The notes under the pieces were generated by a model. It was not told where the DNA came from. It did no database searches and saw only the letters and a program-made list of their open reading frames with translations. From positions 62,001-126,000 of the forward strand of contig QPGO01000191.1 in the NCBI GenBank assembly GCA_008632985.1: a stretch of 64,000 bases of DNA, given 5' to 3'. The position numbers and the translations under genes were made by a program. Below are positions 47,379-60,639 of this stretch, piece after piece (positions within the stretch are counted from its first letter, which is position 1; every line of letters begins with the position of its first letter). The DNA comes from Psammoneis japonica (taxonomy: Eukaryota).

Positions 47379-47658
47379 NNNNNNNNNNNNNNNNNNNNNN
47401 NNNNNNNNNNNNNNNNNNNNNNNNNNNNNNNNNNNNNNNNNNNNNNNNNNNNNNNNNNNNNNNNNNNNNNNNNNNNNNNNNNNNNNNNNNNNNNNNNNNN
47501 NNNNNNNNNNNNNNNNNNNNNNNNNNNNNNNNNNNNNNNNNNNNNNNNNNNNNNNNNNNNNNNNNNNNNNNNNNNNNNNNNNNNNNNNNNNNNNNNNNNN
47601 NNNNNNNNNNNNNNNNNNNNNNNNNNNNNNNNNNNNNNNNNNNNNNNNNNNNNNNNNN
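47379..47658. other. Assembly gap (280 N)
   Basis: Run of N. Confidence 1.
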
Positions 47659-48640
47659 GCACATTGCACTCACTGGGCTGTTGCTGATCCTTGCGGAGAC
47701 CCACATGACTGCAATGATTTTCTTAGTTGTCCATGTCTACCTCCAGCATTTCCATGCTCTGGTTCTGCAAACACACTTTTCTCTGCTGAGGGTCAAAGTT
47801 TTTGCAATGTTGAGAACATGCTGATTTCAATTTTCCACACCCTTCTCAAGCCAAAACTTTTCTTTTTTTAATCTCTTGTTCTCAGCAGACAGGCTGCAGA
47901 CATCCACACAAAGCCACGTGCAGCTCCTTCTCCAGCTTCTCTTTGTGTTGTTGAGCTCTCAGCTGCTTGCCTCTTTGATGATGACATGCAAGAACATGTT
48001 TCAGCAGCCTCTCATTTTCGTTTCAACGGCTCTTGCTCAGTTTGTCAATGGTGGCTTTGACCTCATTGTTCTTTGTCCATGGACTGCACTTCTTGCCTTG
48101 AGCATCATGCAATTCCTCCTCTGCTTTTGTTTTCATTTTGTTGAGCTTTGTTCCCTGTGCCCCATCATGAATGCCAAGTCGACACATGCAGTGTCTTCAC
48201 CCTGGGGTCACTGCCACCTGCTTCAAACTGCTGGGCTCGAGTCATCAACACTTCATTTTGTAGCATGAGCTCCTCATTTTCAACTTCTAGCTTTTTGAAT
48301 CTCCACTCTTCTGGTGGTTTCCTCTTGTCCATCCTGTGCTCTTTTTCCATCAATGGCTTTGGCTTCATGGGTTTCAACGCTTCATGTCTTTTTTGCAGAG
48401 GAGCTCATTGATCTCCTCCTCAGGTTTGTCATGCCCTTTTCAGATCTGGTCACAGAGGCTTCTTCATGTTGTTTCTGTGCCTTCTTTTCATCCAACCTGC
48501 TTCTCATTCTTCCTGACCAAAATTTCTTGCGAGTGGCTGGGCCTTTTCTTGCAATGTCGCCAGCCACCAACCTCTGCAAAAGAATTGTTGTGCTGACACC
48601 AGCCTCAGTTTGCCTGCCAACAAATCAAGTCAATGGTTAA
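47659..48640. other. TpA/CpG-depleted degenerate repeat fragment adjoining the gap
   Basis: Very few TA or CG; broken Lys/Glu-rich reading on the minus strand. Confidence 0.6.
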
Positions 48641-49251
48641 TGTTATGGACAAGGTTGCGAGTTTACGTTGTGTCTAGAGTTAGAGTTGTTCCCAAAGTCC
48701 GAAAATGACAGAACCATGTTTGGGGGTCGCTTTTTTTTTTCTCTCCTGCTCGCATTTCAGGTCACCCAAAAAGCGTGCGAAGTCGCGCGAATTCCCCCGC
48801 CCTCCATGCGTTGTGTGCGTTGATGTCACGCAAGATCATTTCCATATACTTATTTATAAATAATTTTATTGCTTTTAAAAACGAATGTCCATACCTGAAA
48901 TGTCTTTTTATTTTTTTAATATCATTTTGCGAGTTCTTGCCGTTATTTACAAATAAAGATACAGCTCGCTGAATTTCACTTTCATCCGTTCAACCGATGT
49001 TATATTAGCAGCACTGTAGGATGAATATAAACACACGTAGTTTCACCTCACACTTTTTCACCCGAACACGGCTCAAAAACAAAAAAGGAACCGCATCTTG
49101 TAGTCGTTCCTGTTGCAAGACCACAACCCCGTCTAAAACTGATTGGAGCCTGCAGAAGTATTGCAGGTTGACTGATTGCTCTTTCATTAGATTGCATTGC
49201 GACGTATTAGTTGGAAGCAGAACACGGAGAATCAACAGAGGTGGCAAGACC

Positions 49252-51705
49252 ATGAACGCGTTTGATGGCTTGTGGGCGGCAGTCCTGGACGAAGAAAACT
49301 CAACCGATGACGCCTCATATGACACAAGTTCCACCGGTCGTTTCAGCGCAACGTCATCAAGTAAACAAGTAAGATGGCTTCTCCCCAACAGACAATCCAG
49401 CTCGTCCGAGGACGATACGGTAGATTGGTGGGGTCGACGGCAGCCGTCACCGCCTGCGTCACCCAAACAGAAACGGAGTTTTCGAAAGCGCAACTCGAAA
49501 AAAGCCAATAAGAAAAAGGAAGAAAATCAAAAGAATGATTCAACGTTTTGGAGTCAGTTTGCCGCAGAAGAGGATGATGCATCAAAAGGAAAAGCTCAAG
49601 TTCAAACGCGTAAAGACGACGATAGCTTTTGGAGTTCCACTTTTGGGTTCTTTGACGATGACAATACAGACGATCGCAGTGATAAGCCTACTCGTAGTGC
49701 GCTAAGAGCGCGACGGAGATACAGTGGTAGCTCACTGGAAAATGAGAATGACGATGAAAGTCGCGGTCGATCTCCACGTAGAGGAATTGGAAGATATAGC
49801 AGTAGATTGCGGGCGACGAACGAGAATGACGATGAAAGTCGCGGTCAATCTCCACGAAGAGGCCGTGGAAAATACAGCAGTCGATTGCTGCCACTTCAAA
49901 TGGGTCGTCGCTCCTCCTCACGTAGTGACTTGGTGGTGGCTGAGGACGCGAGAGATGATGACGAGTTGGATGTATCCATCACGGAAAGTACTGATATCGA
50001 CTCCGATGAAGCATCACAAGACAATAGCATCAAAGAAAAGACGAGGACTACTCAAGAGGATACTGCGACGATGGATGACGCCAAGTCAAAGGACACTCGT
50101 ACCGACCAGTCAAGTGAGGCAAGCTCGAAACGGTCCAAAATGTTGCGTTGCTCCCAAGGAAGCAAGCTGAGTGACGACAGCACCACGTTTCAAGGCAGTA
50201 GTATTACGACTAGTACAAAGACTTCCAAGGATTCTTTGTCAAAGGGCAAAATATTTGGTGTACTCGATCTTGTCATTTGCAAGAGCAGAAAGCATTCTGA
50301 CTATGAGGGTCAGACTTTTGACGACAGGGAACTTCGAGAAGAGGCAAGTCGTGGAGGAGAAGGACAGGTCAGTCGGTATACCCAGGTTCGCTTCTTTACG
50401 GACGGCAAGGAGGTTTCCGATGGCGAGGTACATCGACTAAACGTCTCCAATAAACCCGGAGAAGGACAATCTTGGATGAGCATGCTGAACAACAAGGACA
50501 CATCATTGCCGCCGGAATCACCGATATCGATGCACTTGTACGAAGATGACCAAGGTCCAAGCATCGGTGTAGCCTACGACTACTTTGGATCGGGCCTTCA
50601 ATTGCGAACCTATACTCGTCCACCAACGCCAGGACATGGTGAAATCTTGATCAAGGTTGAAGCGTCCACAGTCTCTTATAGCGACTGCATCATTCACCGT
50701 GGAGGCTGGTGGAAGCAAGAACAAGTGCCTCTTCCAAACACGCCGGGTGTTGATGTGGTTGGTGTGGTGCGACAAGTCCATAAACGAGGCACTTCCAAAT
50801 GGCACATTAGGCCCGGCGATCGAGTGACAGCCTTTTGCAAATGGGGTGGTAATGCCCGCTATGCCGTCGTGAGGGCCGACACGGCCGTGCCGGTCCGAGA
50901 CAAAAAGGTGGATCCAGCTGCTGTGGCTTGTCTTGCCGACACGTACTTGTCTGCGTTTCAAGCGCTGCATATTGCCAACGGAGCCAATGTCCGGTACGGC
51001 AGTGATTCTCTACAGGGCAAGTCCATTTTGGTCATTGGCGCGCTCGGTGCTGTCGGAAAGGCCATTGTGGAGTTGGCATTTGCCGCTGGTTCGACAGAGG
51101 TGTACGCAACGGCCAAGTCGAAACATCACGAAAGTCTCAAGGCTTCTGGAGTCCGGCCATTGGATCGCGACGTATCTACTTGGATTTATCAGTACCGTGG
51201 GAGAATGGACCTTGTGCTGGTGGCCGATTGTGACGCATGCGATCCCGACATTTTCAAAGCACTGAGTTTGGAAGGCCAATTTGTTTTCGTAGGCAGACGA
51301 GTCAGTTTAGCCCAATCTCAATGGCTAAAGGAGGACAAGGCAAGAGTGCTTGCGTGTGTGAGGGATAAGAGCAGTCTCATGAAACGAACGCATGCCTACG
51401 ACGTGTTTGAGAGTTGGGAGCGAAACGCAAATCGGTGCAAGGCAAGTGTTTTTTTTTGTAGGAATGTGGGGTTGCTGCGGACGATTCTTTTTCTCAATCA
51501 CTCTTTTTCTATTATTACACAGCATGATCTTGGACACTTGTTAATGCTTTTGTCCACCAACACGATTCATCCTCACATTGTGGATCGTGTGCCACTGGAA
51601 AAGATTGCACAAGCTCACAAACTCTTGTTGGAATCCAAGCGAATTCCAGGAGTTTACGTGTGCGAACCGTGGGTCAAATCCAAGCGCCGAGCCGTGTACA
51701 TGTAG
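49252..51705 (+). CDS. MDR-family (quinone oxidoreductase-like) dehydrogenase with long disordered N-terminus; probable GC-AG intron 51442-51522
   Basis: GEILIKVEASTVS..D, LPNTPGVDVVGVV, GDRV, GGNARY, ILVIGALGAVG, AQAHKLL; 78-bp internal duplication ENDDESRG.SPRRG. Confidence 0.85.
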   Translation: MNAFDGLWAAVLDEENSTDDASYDTSSTGRFSATSSSKQVRWLLPNRQSSSSEDDTVDWWGRRQPSPPASPKQKRSFRKRNSKKANKKKEENQKNDSTFWSQFAAEEDDASKGKAQVQTRKDDDSFWSSTFGFFDDDNTDDRSDKPTRSALRARRRYSGSSLENENDDESRGRSPRRGIGRYSSRLRATNENDDESRGQSPRRGRGKYSSRLLPLQMGRRSSSRSDLVVAEDARDDDELDVSITESTDIDSDEASQDNSIKEKTRTTQEDTATMDDAKSKDTRTDQSSEASSKRSKMLRCSQGSKLSDDSTTFQGSSITTSTKTSKDSLSKGKIFGVLDLVICKSRKHSDYEGQTFDDRELREEASRGGEGQVSRYTQVRFFTDGKEVSDGEVHRLNVSNKPGEGQSWMSMLNNKDTSLPPESPISMHLYEDDQGPSIGVAYDYFGSGLQLRTYTRPPTPGHGEILIKVEASTVSYSDCIIHRGGWWKQEQVPLPNTPGVDVVGVVRQVHKRGTSKWHIRPGDRVTAFCKWGGNARYAVVRADTAVPVRDKKVDPAAVACLADTYLSAFQALHIANGANVRYGSDSLQGKSILVIGALGAVGKAIVELAFAAGSTEVYATAKSKHHESLKASGVRPLDRDVSTWIYQYRGRMDLVLVADCDACDPDIFKALSLEGQFVFVGRRVSLAQSQWLKEDKARVLACVRDKSSLMKRTHAYDVFESWERNANRCKASVFFCRNVGLLRTILFLNHSFSIITQHDLGHLLMLLSTNTIHPHIVDRVPLEKIAQAHKLLLESKRIPGVYVCEPWVKSKRRAVYM

Positions 51706-51924
51706 TAGGGTTGCGCGAGTGTGGCAGCAACCAAAGAAACGAAAAAAAAAACACGTAGGGAAGAGGGAAATTGAAAAAATACTGCTTGGGCGAAAGCAGT
51801 AATGGTTTTGGAAACCAGGGAAAAAACATAGAGTGAGAATCAATCTCAATCGTAACGTATAACTGTATGTACTACTTTACACACGAGCGGTTTGCCTTTA
51901 TCCACAAAGTATTCTTACAAAAAT

Positions 51925-52695
51925 TTAATCTGAAAATGGAATTCCAGCGGCTGCCAAACGCTCTTCATATGTCTTTGCTGGTTTTGGCTCTTGTGGTTCT
52001 CCACCGCCACCGCCACTTCCACTTTCTTCTTCTTCGTCTTCGATGGCATTGACTCCCGTCACTTCTGGAATATAATGCAACAACATGTTTTCCACTCCAT
52101 TCTTCAAAGTAACAGAACTACTGGGACACCCGACACACGATCCCGCCAATTTGACCGTCACAAGACCCGACTCGACATCAAATCCGACATAACGAATATC
52201 CCCACCATCCTCTTGCACAGCCGGTCGGATCCGGCTCTCGAGTAATTCTTTAATCATGGCAACAACTTCATCGTCATCATCCAAAATGGTCGTGTCGGTA
52301 ATTTCTGCTACGGCCGATAGGGCGGGTTTGCCCGATGCGTAGTGATCCATAATTTTGGAAAAGACATTGGTACGCAAATGTACCCAGTGGCTTTCGGCGT
52401 ATTTGGTAATGGTCACAAAGTCTTGTCCCAAATACACCGCCTTGACACCGTCAATTTGAAAGAGAGATCTGGCCAAGGGCGATCGAGCAATTTCGTCCTT
52501 GTCACTGCGTGTCGCATAAAAGCCATTGCCACTGCCCGCGTCGCCGTCCTCCTCCAACACGGGCTTGCCTGGAAGAAATTTGAGACTTTCTGGATTGGGC
52601 GTCACTTCCGTTTGAATAAAGAGTGATCGGGATACTTGTAGTTGGAACGGCCTTTTAGCGACGGAACGGAGAGATTTTGATAGTGATGAAATCAT
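51925..52695 (-). CDS. NFU1: Mitochondrial NifU-like Fe-S scaffold
   Basis: Transit-like N-terminus, [58 protein letters not shown]. Confidence 0.95.
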   Translation of the reverse strand: MISSLSKSLRSVAKRPFQLQVSRSLFIQTEVTPNPESLKFLPGKPVLEEDGDAGSGNGFYATRSDKDEIARSPLARSLFQIDGVKAVYLGQDFVTITKYAESHWVHLRTNVFSKIMDHYASGKPALSAVAEITDTTILDDDDEVVAMIKELLESRIRPAVQEDGGDIRYVGFDVESGLVTVKLAGSCVGCPSSSVTLKNGVENMLLHYIPEVTGVNAIEDEEEESGSGGGGGEPQEPKPAKTYEERLAAAGIPFSD

Positions 52696-52852
52696 GATGT
52701 GACTTGTTGATTGAAAAGAGAGTTGCAACAAGACTTGCTAACCGTAAGAATGTTGTTCTTGCTGTGCTGTTGAGGTGGACTTATGTGCGTCGAACTTCGA
52801 TTTCGAAAAAATGTGGGCCGTTCGTCCCAGTTCTTCCATCGTACGGTACGTA

Positions 52853-55063
52853 CAGGGAGTTGCATGAAATGTCGAAATTTTCGTTTTTCCCTGTTTTTCG
52901 TGGTTTTTCGTGTTTTTTCGTGACGATAATTCATTTTAGACATCCCCTAAAACGTTGCATTTTGGGCTATGCGAACACCAGACACCAGATAGATGGGGTC
53001 GAACGGCGAACGCGGCGATGGTTCGTTGATGCGAAGCGAAAGTCAGTGCCGTCCACCGTCACCGTGCATGCCATTGTCATCCACAAACCTGTGTTGCCAG
53101 TCAATCTAAGATGACAAGATGGCGAAGCTAACGCCAGTGCGTTGATTTTCAAAAAGAGATTGGAATGATGGCGCGCAACAAGTCCAGATTTACAATTGAC
53201 TCCACTCCGACACAAAACCATTTTCTCATCGTGTCTTCGTGTGCTCCACCACAGATTCCCGGCAAAATGGTTTCAGAACAATGCAGATTCAGAAAACAAG
53301 GGCACACAACAAGTGAGTGGGCAGGAACCCATGAGAAAGGTTGCCTTCATCTTGAAGAAGGCCCCGCAACTCGCACACTGCTGCATGTCCTGCAAAGTGC
53401 TCAAGTGTGACGCGAACCCATTGGTTCCAAATCCATTCCAATCTTGTCTGCCTCTGAATGACTGTCCTTGCAAGACAATCCACTGTGGCTCTGGGCAGGC
53501 GCATTTGTGTGGTGAGCAGTGCAGTCGTGTGTTGCGCATTTGACATTTTACACTGTGCTAAAATGATTGACACCGCGCCATTGCCACGCAGCAGTGTTTT
53601 TGTTGCCGCAGGTGGATTGATGGTTCCATGCATTGTCGGGCAGGGTTCTCATTCGTTTCCAACGTCTAAAAACAATGTTTTGATGTCAGGCCTTTTAGAG
53701 AGATTCCCTTCGGGAACGCTTTTGGCACGGTTTCGGAACGCTTTTGGTGCGGTCCCGGAACGGTGGAAACACGGGAATGACGAAATGCCTGTTTCGTCGA
53801 ATGGTGTTTCCGTGTTGGAGCTGTTGGCGGTTGTCATAGATGTGGTTTATTGTCAAACAATGCCAGCAGTTACAACACACCCTCGCAGTTCAACTTGCAG
53901 CCACTGCAACTCAAAATTGTTGAGACTTCCACCAGCCGTTCTTTTTCTTAGAGAAAATGGAAACCTGTTTTGACGGGCGCACCTTTTTGCAACAAATCCA
54001 TGTGGTCTGTCAAACTTTTACACTGTTGTGCCACACTCAAACAGTTCCAACAACAGTGCGCTGATTGCAGTGCATCACATGTCTCATTGGCGAATTGACC
54101 GGCTCCAAAGTTTGATTTCCGCGCAAATTGGTGCACATGAGAACATTCTCGGAACGCTTTTGGAACGCTTTTGGAACGCTTTTGGAGCGGCATGCAAGGG
54201 AATCTTGAACGACAACAATCCAAAACAGTCTCTGGCCCCAGTCCCCCCCAAGAGGCCTTTTTTGGTTTTGGCGGTTGGAGCCATTTGGCGGGTTTGAATT
54301 TGAAATCTGCACTGTCGCACGAAGCGATGAGGTTGAGACAGTCGTGACTGGTTCAAATCGGAGTTCGGGATCGAGAAGGGAACTCAACGGCGTCTCTTGC
54401 AGTCGTGCGGTGCCATGCGCATCATCATGCGTGCAGAAACGCCGTGACCGACAACGTGATGTGCTCATGGCAACTGCTTGTGATGCACGCGTGGATGTGC
54501 AAATTTGAGTGCAGTGGAAAATGAGCGCACAGGCAGGCACCGATGGAAGGTGTCGTCATCATCGATCATCGCACCGTTTTGTCGTTCATTTCAGTGCTTG
54601 ATGTCACCATGCCAACCCAATTGAGTGAGTGCAGGTTGTCATTTTTCATGCACTGTGCAACATCATTTAAACATTCTCATTCCATCCAGTGGGTTGTCTT
54701 CTCAACGAGAAATTTTGGCGGGATCTGGTGAAGACACAACCACCTGCATTTCTGGGGGCATTTTGTCTCAGCACTGGTTGGGAAAAAAGGCAATTGTTGA
54801 GAAGCCTTCCATGGAATTTCGACATTTTGTCAAATCAAACAGAGCCCCAAAAACACAGGATTTGTCCTGCAGCCAAATGCAACATTGTGTGTCTGTGGCA
54901 CGTCCCCTGGCAAAAAGTGCGAGCAGCGTTTTGGTGGCAAGTGCACAAACTTTCGCAGCATCGTGCAGACTGTGGCGGCACTCACGTGCAGGCAGGTCTC
55001 TCTGACATTCTGTGCGTTTTTGAAGGGAAAAACGAAAATTTTGACATTTCATGCAACTCCCAG
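52853..55063. mobile_element. 2.2-kb non-autonomous TIR DNA transposon (Tc1/mariner-like, TA TSD), TpA-depleted interior
   Basis: About 40-bp TIRs c(a/t)gggagttgcatgaaatgtc(g/a)aaattttcgtttttccct, flanked by TA at 52851-52852 and 55064-55065; internal ggaacgctttt repeats; no recognisable transposase. Confidence 0.85.
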
Positions 55064-55308
55064 TACAGTCTGCCGCGCGTATTAGGCCACCTACTGTACG
55101 GTAGGTACGAATCCCTACATACCACATTTTCCACGTCACTTCCTGGTACTCAGGCCACCGGGTTCCAAAAAGCCCGAGCGATCGAGAAAAACACCGCCCT
55201 CTTGCCTGTTGCTGCCGCCATTAGCACTCGTTGTGGTGTTGCTGTAATTGTTTTGCTTGTTGGAACCATTCATGGGTCGTTACAACTACATTACACACTT
55301 GTAAAATT

Positions 55309-58300
55309 ATGGATTCGTATCCGGGAGATTTGTTGGCCGGAGTGTTTCCCCTGGTGTTTGCCGTCAATGCCATTCTACCTGGAACCGAAACAACTTCTAC
55401 TACACCTCAAGCCGATGCTGTTGTTGTACCCAGCAATGACTCGGCTTCCACGAGCATCATGCAAGATCAGCCACCACCTCCACCGCCATTGAAAAATCGC
55501 GGTTTGTTTGATAAATTTCTGGATGCCATGGCTGCTAGTTTAGCCGATGAAGAAGAAGAACAAGACGAAACACACACTAGAAACGAATCAACAACACGCG
55601 TCGTTCCGTCCTTTCTAGGAAATCATAACAACAATTCATCCTCGTCGTCGGATGATTCCGATCAAGATGAAAAAGAAAAAGCTGTCAAGCCGATTCGTTC
55701 GTTTGGATCACCGACCTTTCGTATCACACACACTCGTCTCGGTGTGTTACGAGGAAGCATTCGTTCCAATCAAGTGGATACACCGCTCTCAACCGCCTAT
55801 GCCCGATCGCTTCAACTCTTGAATGATGAAGGCTTTTTTCAACGAGCACGTATCATATCCATTTCGGCAAGACACGGATTTCCTCCCTCCAAGGATCCGC
55901 AAGGGAGTGCTTTGAGGCATACTAGTACTAGCAGTAACGTGCAAGGCATTTTGCCAGCGGGTTGGATGGAAAAACACGTTCACGCTTTGCCGTCTGTCTT
56001 GGTGGTGGTGACATTGTTGGATTTTTCTAGAAACAAAAAGCAACAGCAACAGCAAGACGAGTATTTGGTGGAAACCATTGAGCATTTGAGATACAGTTTA
56101 GCACCGAAACGGGAATGCCGTATTCAACTCGTGTGTTTGGCATCCAATGTACTGCAAGACGACGACGACGATGATGAGGCGGCGGTTGCCAAAGTCGAAG
56201 AGTGGGTGACGGACGTCATGACGAGGTGTCATTTGCATGCCTCGTGCATTACCGTGTTGGATTCCAAGAATGATTTGGAGTGCAGCATTCCGACCAGTTT
56301 CAAGACGCGACAATTGCACAAGACGGTACGGGACGCGTCCATGGCGTATTATTTGGGACAAGCACGGCGTGTCAAGCACAAGCTCGGTGCGCTGCAACCA
56401 CAAGAATTCGTTTTGCATATTCGTTATTGTTTCAAGATTGGAATTCTTTATGAATTTTTGCTCAAACACGAAAAGTCAACAAAGTACTTGGCACAAGCCT
56501 ATCGTCATTTGGAGCACTACTATCGTTACTACATTTTGTCGACACCGCCACTGCCGGTTGTGGTGAATCCACAAGAACAACAACAAGATAGTAGTGAAGG
56601 AAGCAATGAAGGAAGCGATAGTGGCGTGGAAGTGTCCTTGCTGGCCAAGAATGCTTTTGCCGATTCAGAAGAATCCAATGACGACGAGAAAAAGAAAAAA
56701 TCCGACACGCCCGCCGACATGGCGTTTCAATGCCGCGCTCTGGCCGATTGGCTCAATCTCAAACTCTTGCAATCGGGCTTCTTATCGGCTGCCTTTTCGT
56801 CGGAAAATCCCGGTCTCGTGGCGGCCGCATCGCAATGGAGAAGGCATTGCATGACATTTTTGTCTCTACATGACGAGAAGAAGAATCCACTCTGGAATCA
56901 TTTACGTTACAATGTTCATCAACGAACCGTCATGGCACAATTGGTGGAACGACAGTCGGCGCCGTCAAAAGAAGCGTTAGATGCGGAGGTGTCGTTGCAA
57001 TTGAGTGCGTGGCGAAAATATCAATCGACCGCACAAGCCATGCTGAAATTGGGTATCGAAATGGAGAAGGCAAAAGAGAGCGCCAATTTGGCTCCGCCGC
57101 CGCCGAGGCCTGTCGACAACGACGACAAGAACAAGTCGATGCGACCGCGATTTGTGGGTAGTATTGATAGTGAAGGTCTCGTACCCAAGTTTCATGAAGA
57201 GTGCAAGCGTAATCATAAAGGTATGGCTGCTCTTTGCGTTGTGTCGTTGATTGCTGTAAAGCATTCTAGCCTCACGCAAATTTCTGTCTGTTTTAGAACT
57301 TGCGCTGGAGTTGATTTTGCACGCCGTGTCCTTGTTTGAGAATGAACGGAAAAAGGCGGCAAGTGACGAGGAAGAAACGCAATGCCGGGCCGCAACACAA
57401 ATGTATTACTTGGCGGGTGGGATCCTCATGGAACTGAAACGGTTCGGCGAGGCAATTCCCTTGCTGGAAAAGGCTTCCAAACATGCAGCGGGATGGAACG
57501 AGCTGGAAGTGGTGATTCGGCGAATGCTGATTGAATGTTATGAGCAGCAATTGCCGTCTCGAGACACGACCGAGGAGCAACGCAAAAATGTGACAAATTT
57601 GATTCTCGATTCGTACTTTTATTCCAAACTCCCATTAAAGAGCCTTGAGCGTGCACTTAATCATGTTTCAACCATGACGGGTCGGCTCTCGTGGCACGGA
57701 GAATGCACCAATGACGCCGAGGAGCAATCGCTGCCCTTTTCGTTTTTGGTCACCTTTCCGGGGTCCACGCACGCGACGGCAGGAGACGTGGTCGTGGCCA
57801 ATGTCACAATAAAGTCCAATTTGGACCATGACGTTCATGTCAGCTCGGTGACCTTGCTGAGCATGGCGGGCAAGATTGAAATTCCTTGCAGTGATCTGCA
57901 TTGTGCCGAAGGTGCTCATAGCGGTGACGGCAAGGGTGGTATTGTGATGCGCGCAAAGTCGACCATTTTTGTTTCCACCATGATTGACGTTCCAAAAGAC
58001 GTTGATAGTATTGCAACGGACGAAAGTGGAAATGGAGGAGACAAGGAAGGCTCTCCCGGAAAGGGGTCATTCTCCAAGAGCGCCAGGCCCCGAGCCTCTG
58101 GATTAACCGCTGCCGGTGGCGCTCGATTGATCGATGAACGCACGTTGAACCGAAACGACGGCAAGAATAGTAACGCTCAATGGAGCCTTGGGTATTTAGG
58201 CGGGAAACCGTTGCGATGTGATGGCATGTCGTTGGAATTCTACCCGCTTGCTGCCGAAAAGGCTGCCGGTCCAGTCGTTGAGTTTCGAGTTACGCACATG

Positions 58301-60087
58301 AAACCAAAGACTCAGGCGCCGGTCAAAAAGACGCCTTTCGAAGAAGACAATTACATTTCATCGGCGTGGTCGAGGCCACGCGATTTGCCCTTGTCGCTTG
58401 GACCACGCTGTTTACGAGTGCTGGGACCCATGGCTCAAATGGTAGTTACCAACATGTCCAATCCGCTCACAAATGGGACGGCAATGGAAGGAACTGTGAA
58501 TCGTGTCCTGATCAAGCTTCAAGCCGGACCAAAGGAAGAATGCGCCGACATAAAGTACAAGGTCGCGTGCTCCAACACTCTCTTGTCGATTGACGGGACG
58601 TCATCAGCAAGTCATGATTCTGACGACCCGGTGCCCTCGTTTGAGGCGGAGGAAAAGGTAGATGACCGAACGCCGGTGCTTGTAACGGCTGAGTCCTCGA
58701 CTTGTGACTATGATCTCCCAGAAGGGTGGCAGCTTGTTGGCTCTGGGCAGGGGACTATTCAAGAGGTTGTTCCTGAATCGTCACGTCTGAGAGCAGGAGA
58801 ATCAACGTACATTTACTTGGACCTCTACCGCCCTCCACCACAGCTCAAGTCGCCATTTGCCGAAGATATTGTTGAGACCAATGACATTTGCCAAACTGAT
58901 TTTGACGTTGCCATTACTTACCGACAAGCTCGTCCTTCGGCGCAATTGAGGCGTAGAATATCGGATGTGTCTTCTGTTGACGATGGCAAGGAAGCTGAAA
59001 AGGAACTTTCCGATTTGGTCTTTCTAGAATACAGTGGCTCCGTCGTGTGGGCACCGCCGATTTCTGCTGACTTTTCCAATGTCGTCGGCGGCCAAAAGTC
59101 CTTTCCTTCTGGTAGCTCACACAAGTCCAACATGGTTGATACAATTGAAGACTCGGGAGAGGTCGATAATGACACGACAACGCCAGGCACCCAACAGCCC
59201 TCGGAACTTGCTCTCGTAGATGGCCAGCGAGTGAGTGCGGGATGTGTTATAGTTTCAAACGCAGTGAACGATGCGCTGAGCTCTGAAATCGAAAGAGTTT
59301 CTTTCGAGGTGAGTTATGTAGGCAAACATGAAAACTGAACTGCTTCTAAGGCAATGCCTGACCGTCGCTTCGTTTGCAAACTACTCTTTTGCGCGTGCAG
59401 AACAACGATGGCCATGTCGAAGGGAACGAAAGATCGTGTGATTTGCGACTTGTCTCTGACTGCAAAGATGACGCGCTTTATTGTCGAGAGGGTGACAATG
59501 CTGGCAGTAAGCTTGTTCAGGGGACTAAGTTTAGTGTTACCTACACGGTCGAAGCCCACATGTCTGAGAGCAGCGAGGAGAGCAGTGCATTCATATGCTT
59601 GGGTGTCGTATGCGTGGATTGGAAACCGACGCCACTTACTCTCGAAGGAGATGATTCGATAGCGCATGCGCATGGTCCGCTTGTGTTGGAGCGACCATCA
59701 AGGATCAAATATTGGGGCCCTCGGTGTTACATAGAGAAAGCCCCGTTCGAAGCCTCATTAGATTCTTTGCCTCCTTCTCCGCGGTTGTCAGTTCCGTTCG
59801 ATGTGAGCTTTCGTATCACAAACAATACTCAGCTCTACCAGAAGCTCACTGTGGCAATGAGCGATGCAGATTGCAGTGATGTCTCTGACGGATTGTTACT
59901 CTCCGGATTGGTTAATGGTGAGATCTGTCTAGCTCCCCAAGAAACTCAAGTTATTTGGTATACGGCGCTTGCGACGAGAGCAGGGAAAATGCAAATGCCA
60001 GCAATCTCAGTTTCTGCTTTGCGATACAAAACGTGGGTTATCAACCATGGTGTTGTCGACGCTTTCAATATTTTTGTCGTTCCGTGA
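55309..60087 (+). CDS. TRAPPC11: Trafficking protein particle complex subunit 11 (foie gras); introns 57221-57296 and 59309-59400
   Basis: GILPAGWMEKH...PSVLVV, YYLGQARRVK, IRYCFKIG...EF, ADWLNLKL and a gryzun-like C-terminus; both GT-AG introns join the three ORFs in frame. Confidence 0.85.
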
Positions 60088-60639
60088 GGAATCCTATGCG
60101 TCAGCTCACGAATCGGAAACGTATGAAGTTCTTTGAACAGGTACCAGAAGTCAGTTGAATCGTTTCCGTCGCCTCAACCATAGTAGCGTAGAAAAAAGGT
60201 AGATTCTAGACATTGTTCTCTTCAAAAGTAGGATCATTCGACCAGGTAGCCTTCTTGTGTTTTTCATTGTTGACGACGACGAATCATCTTGATACGGTAG
60301 GGCACGCCACCAAGGCAGCGCATCGTTCGTCAAGTTTTATGAGATATCGGTATGATAAAGCGAGCTCGTAGGTCGATTTGTCATAAAAGGTGTGTATTTT
60401 CTCATCTATCTACTCTAGCTATCTGTAGAGCATCACCGGTACGTAGTAGAATAGAGAGGCTAGAGAGGACGAGAGTGACCATTGAGAGTACATTCCCTCC
60501 CATTCACCGGGAGTTGCTATCGAAATGTTGTGCCAACGCGTGCAAGTAGAGTAGAAGAAGTAATTGTGAGTAATCAGAAAGGCAATTTGTAAACTTTCCC
60601 TCTATAGATTAATCTCAACAAAATCACTGAATCATTCTA

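Noticed and set aside
46933..47871. ORFs spanning the N run, including the 598-aa extension of BCAT
   Set aside because: Artefacts of translating through the gap; sequence after 47658 is unrelated and TA-depleted.
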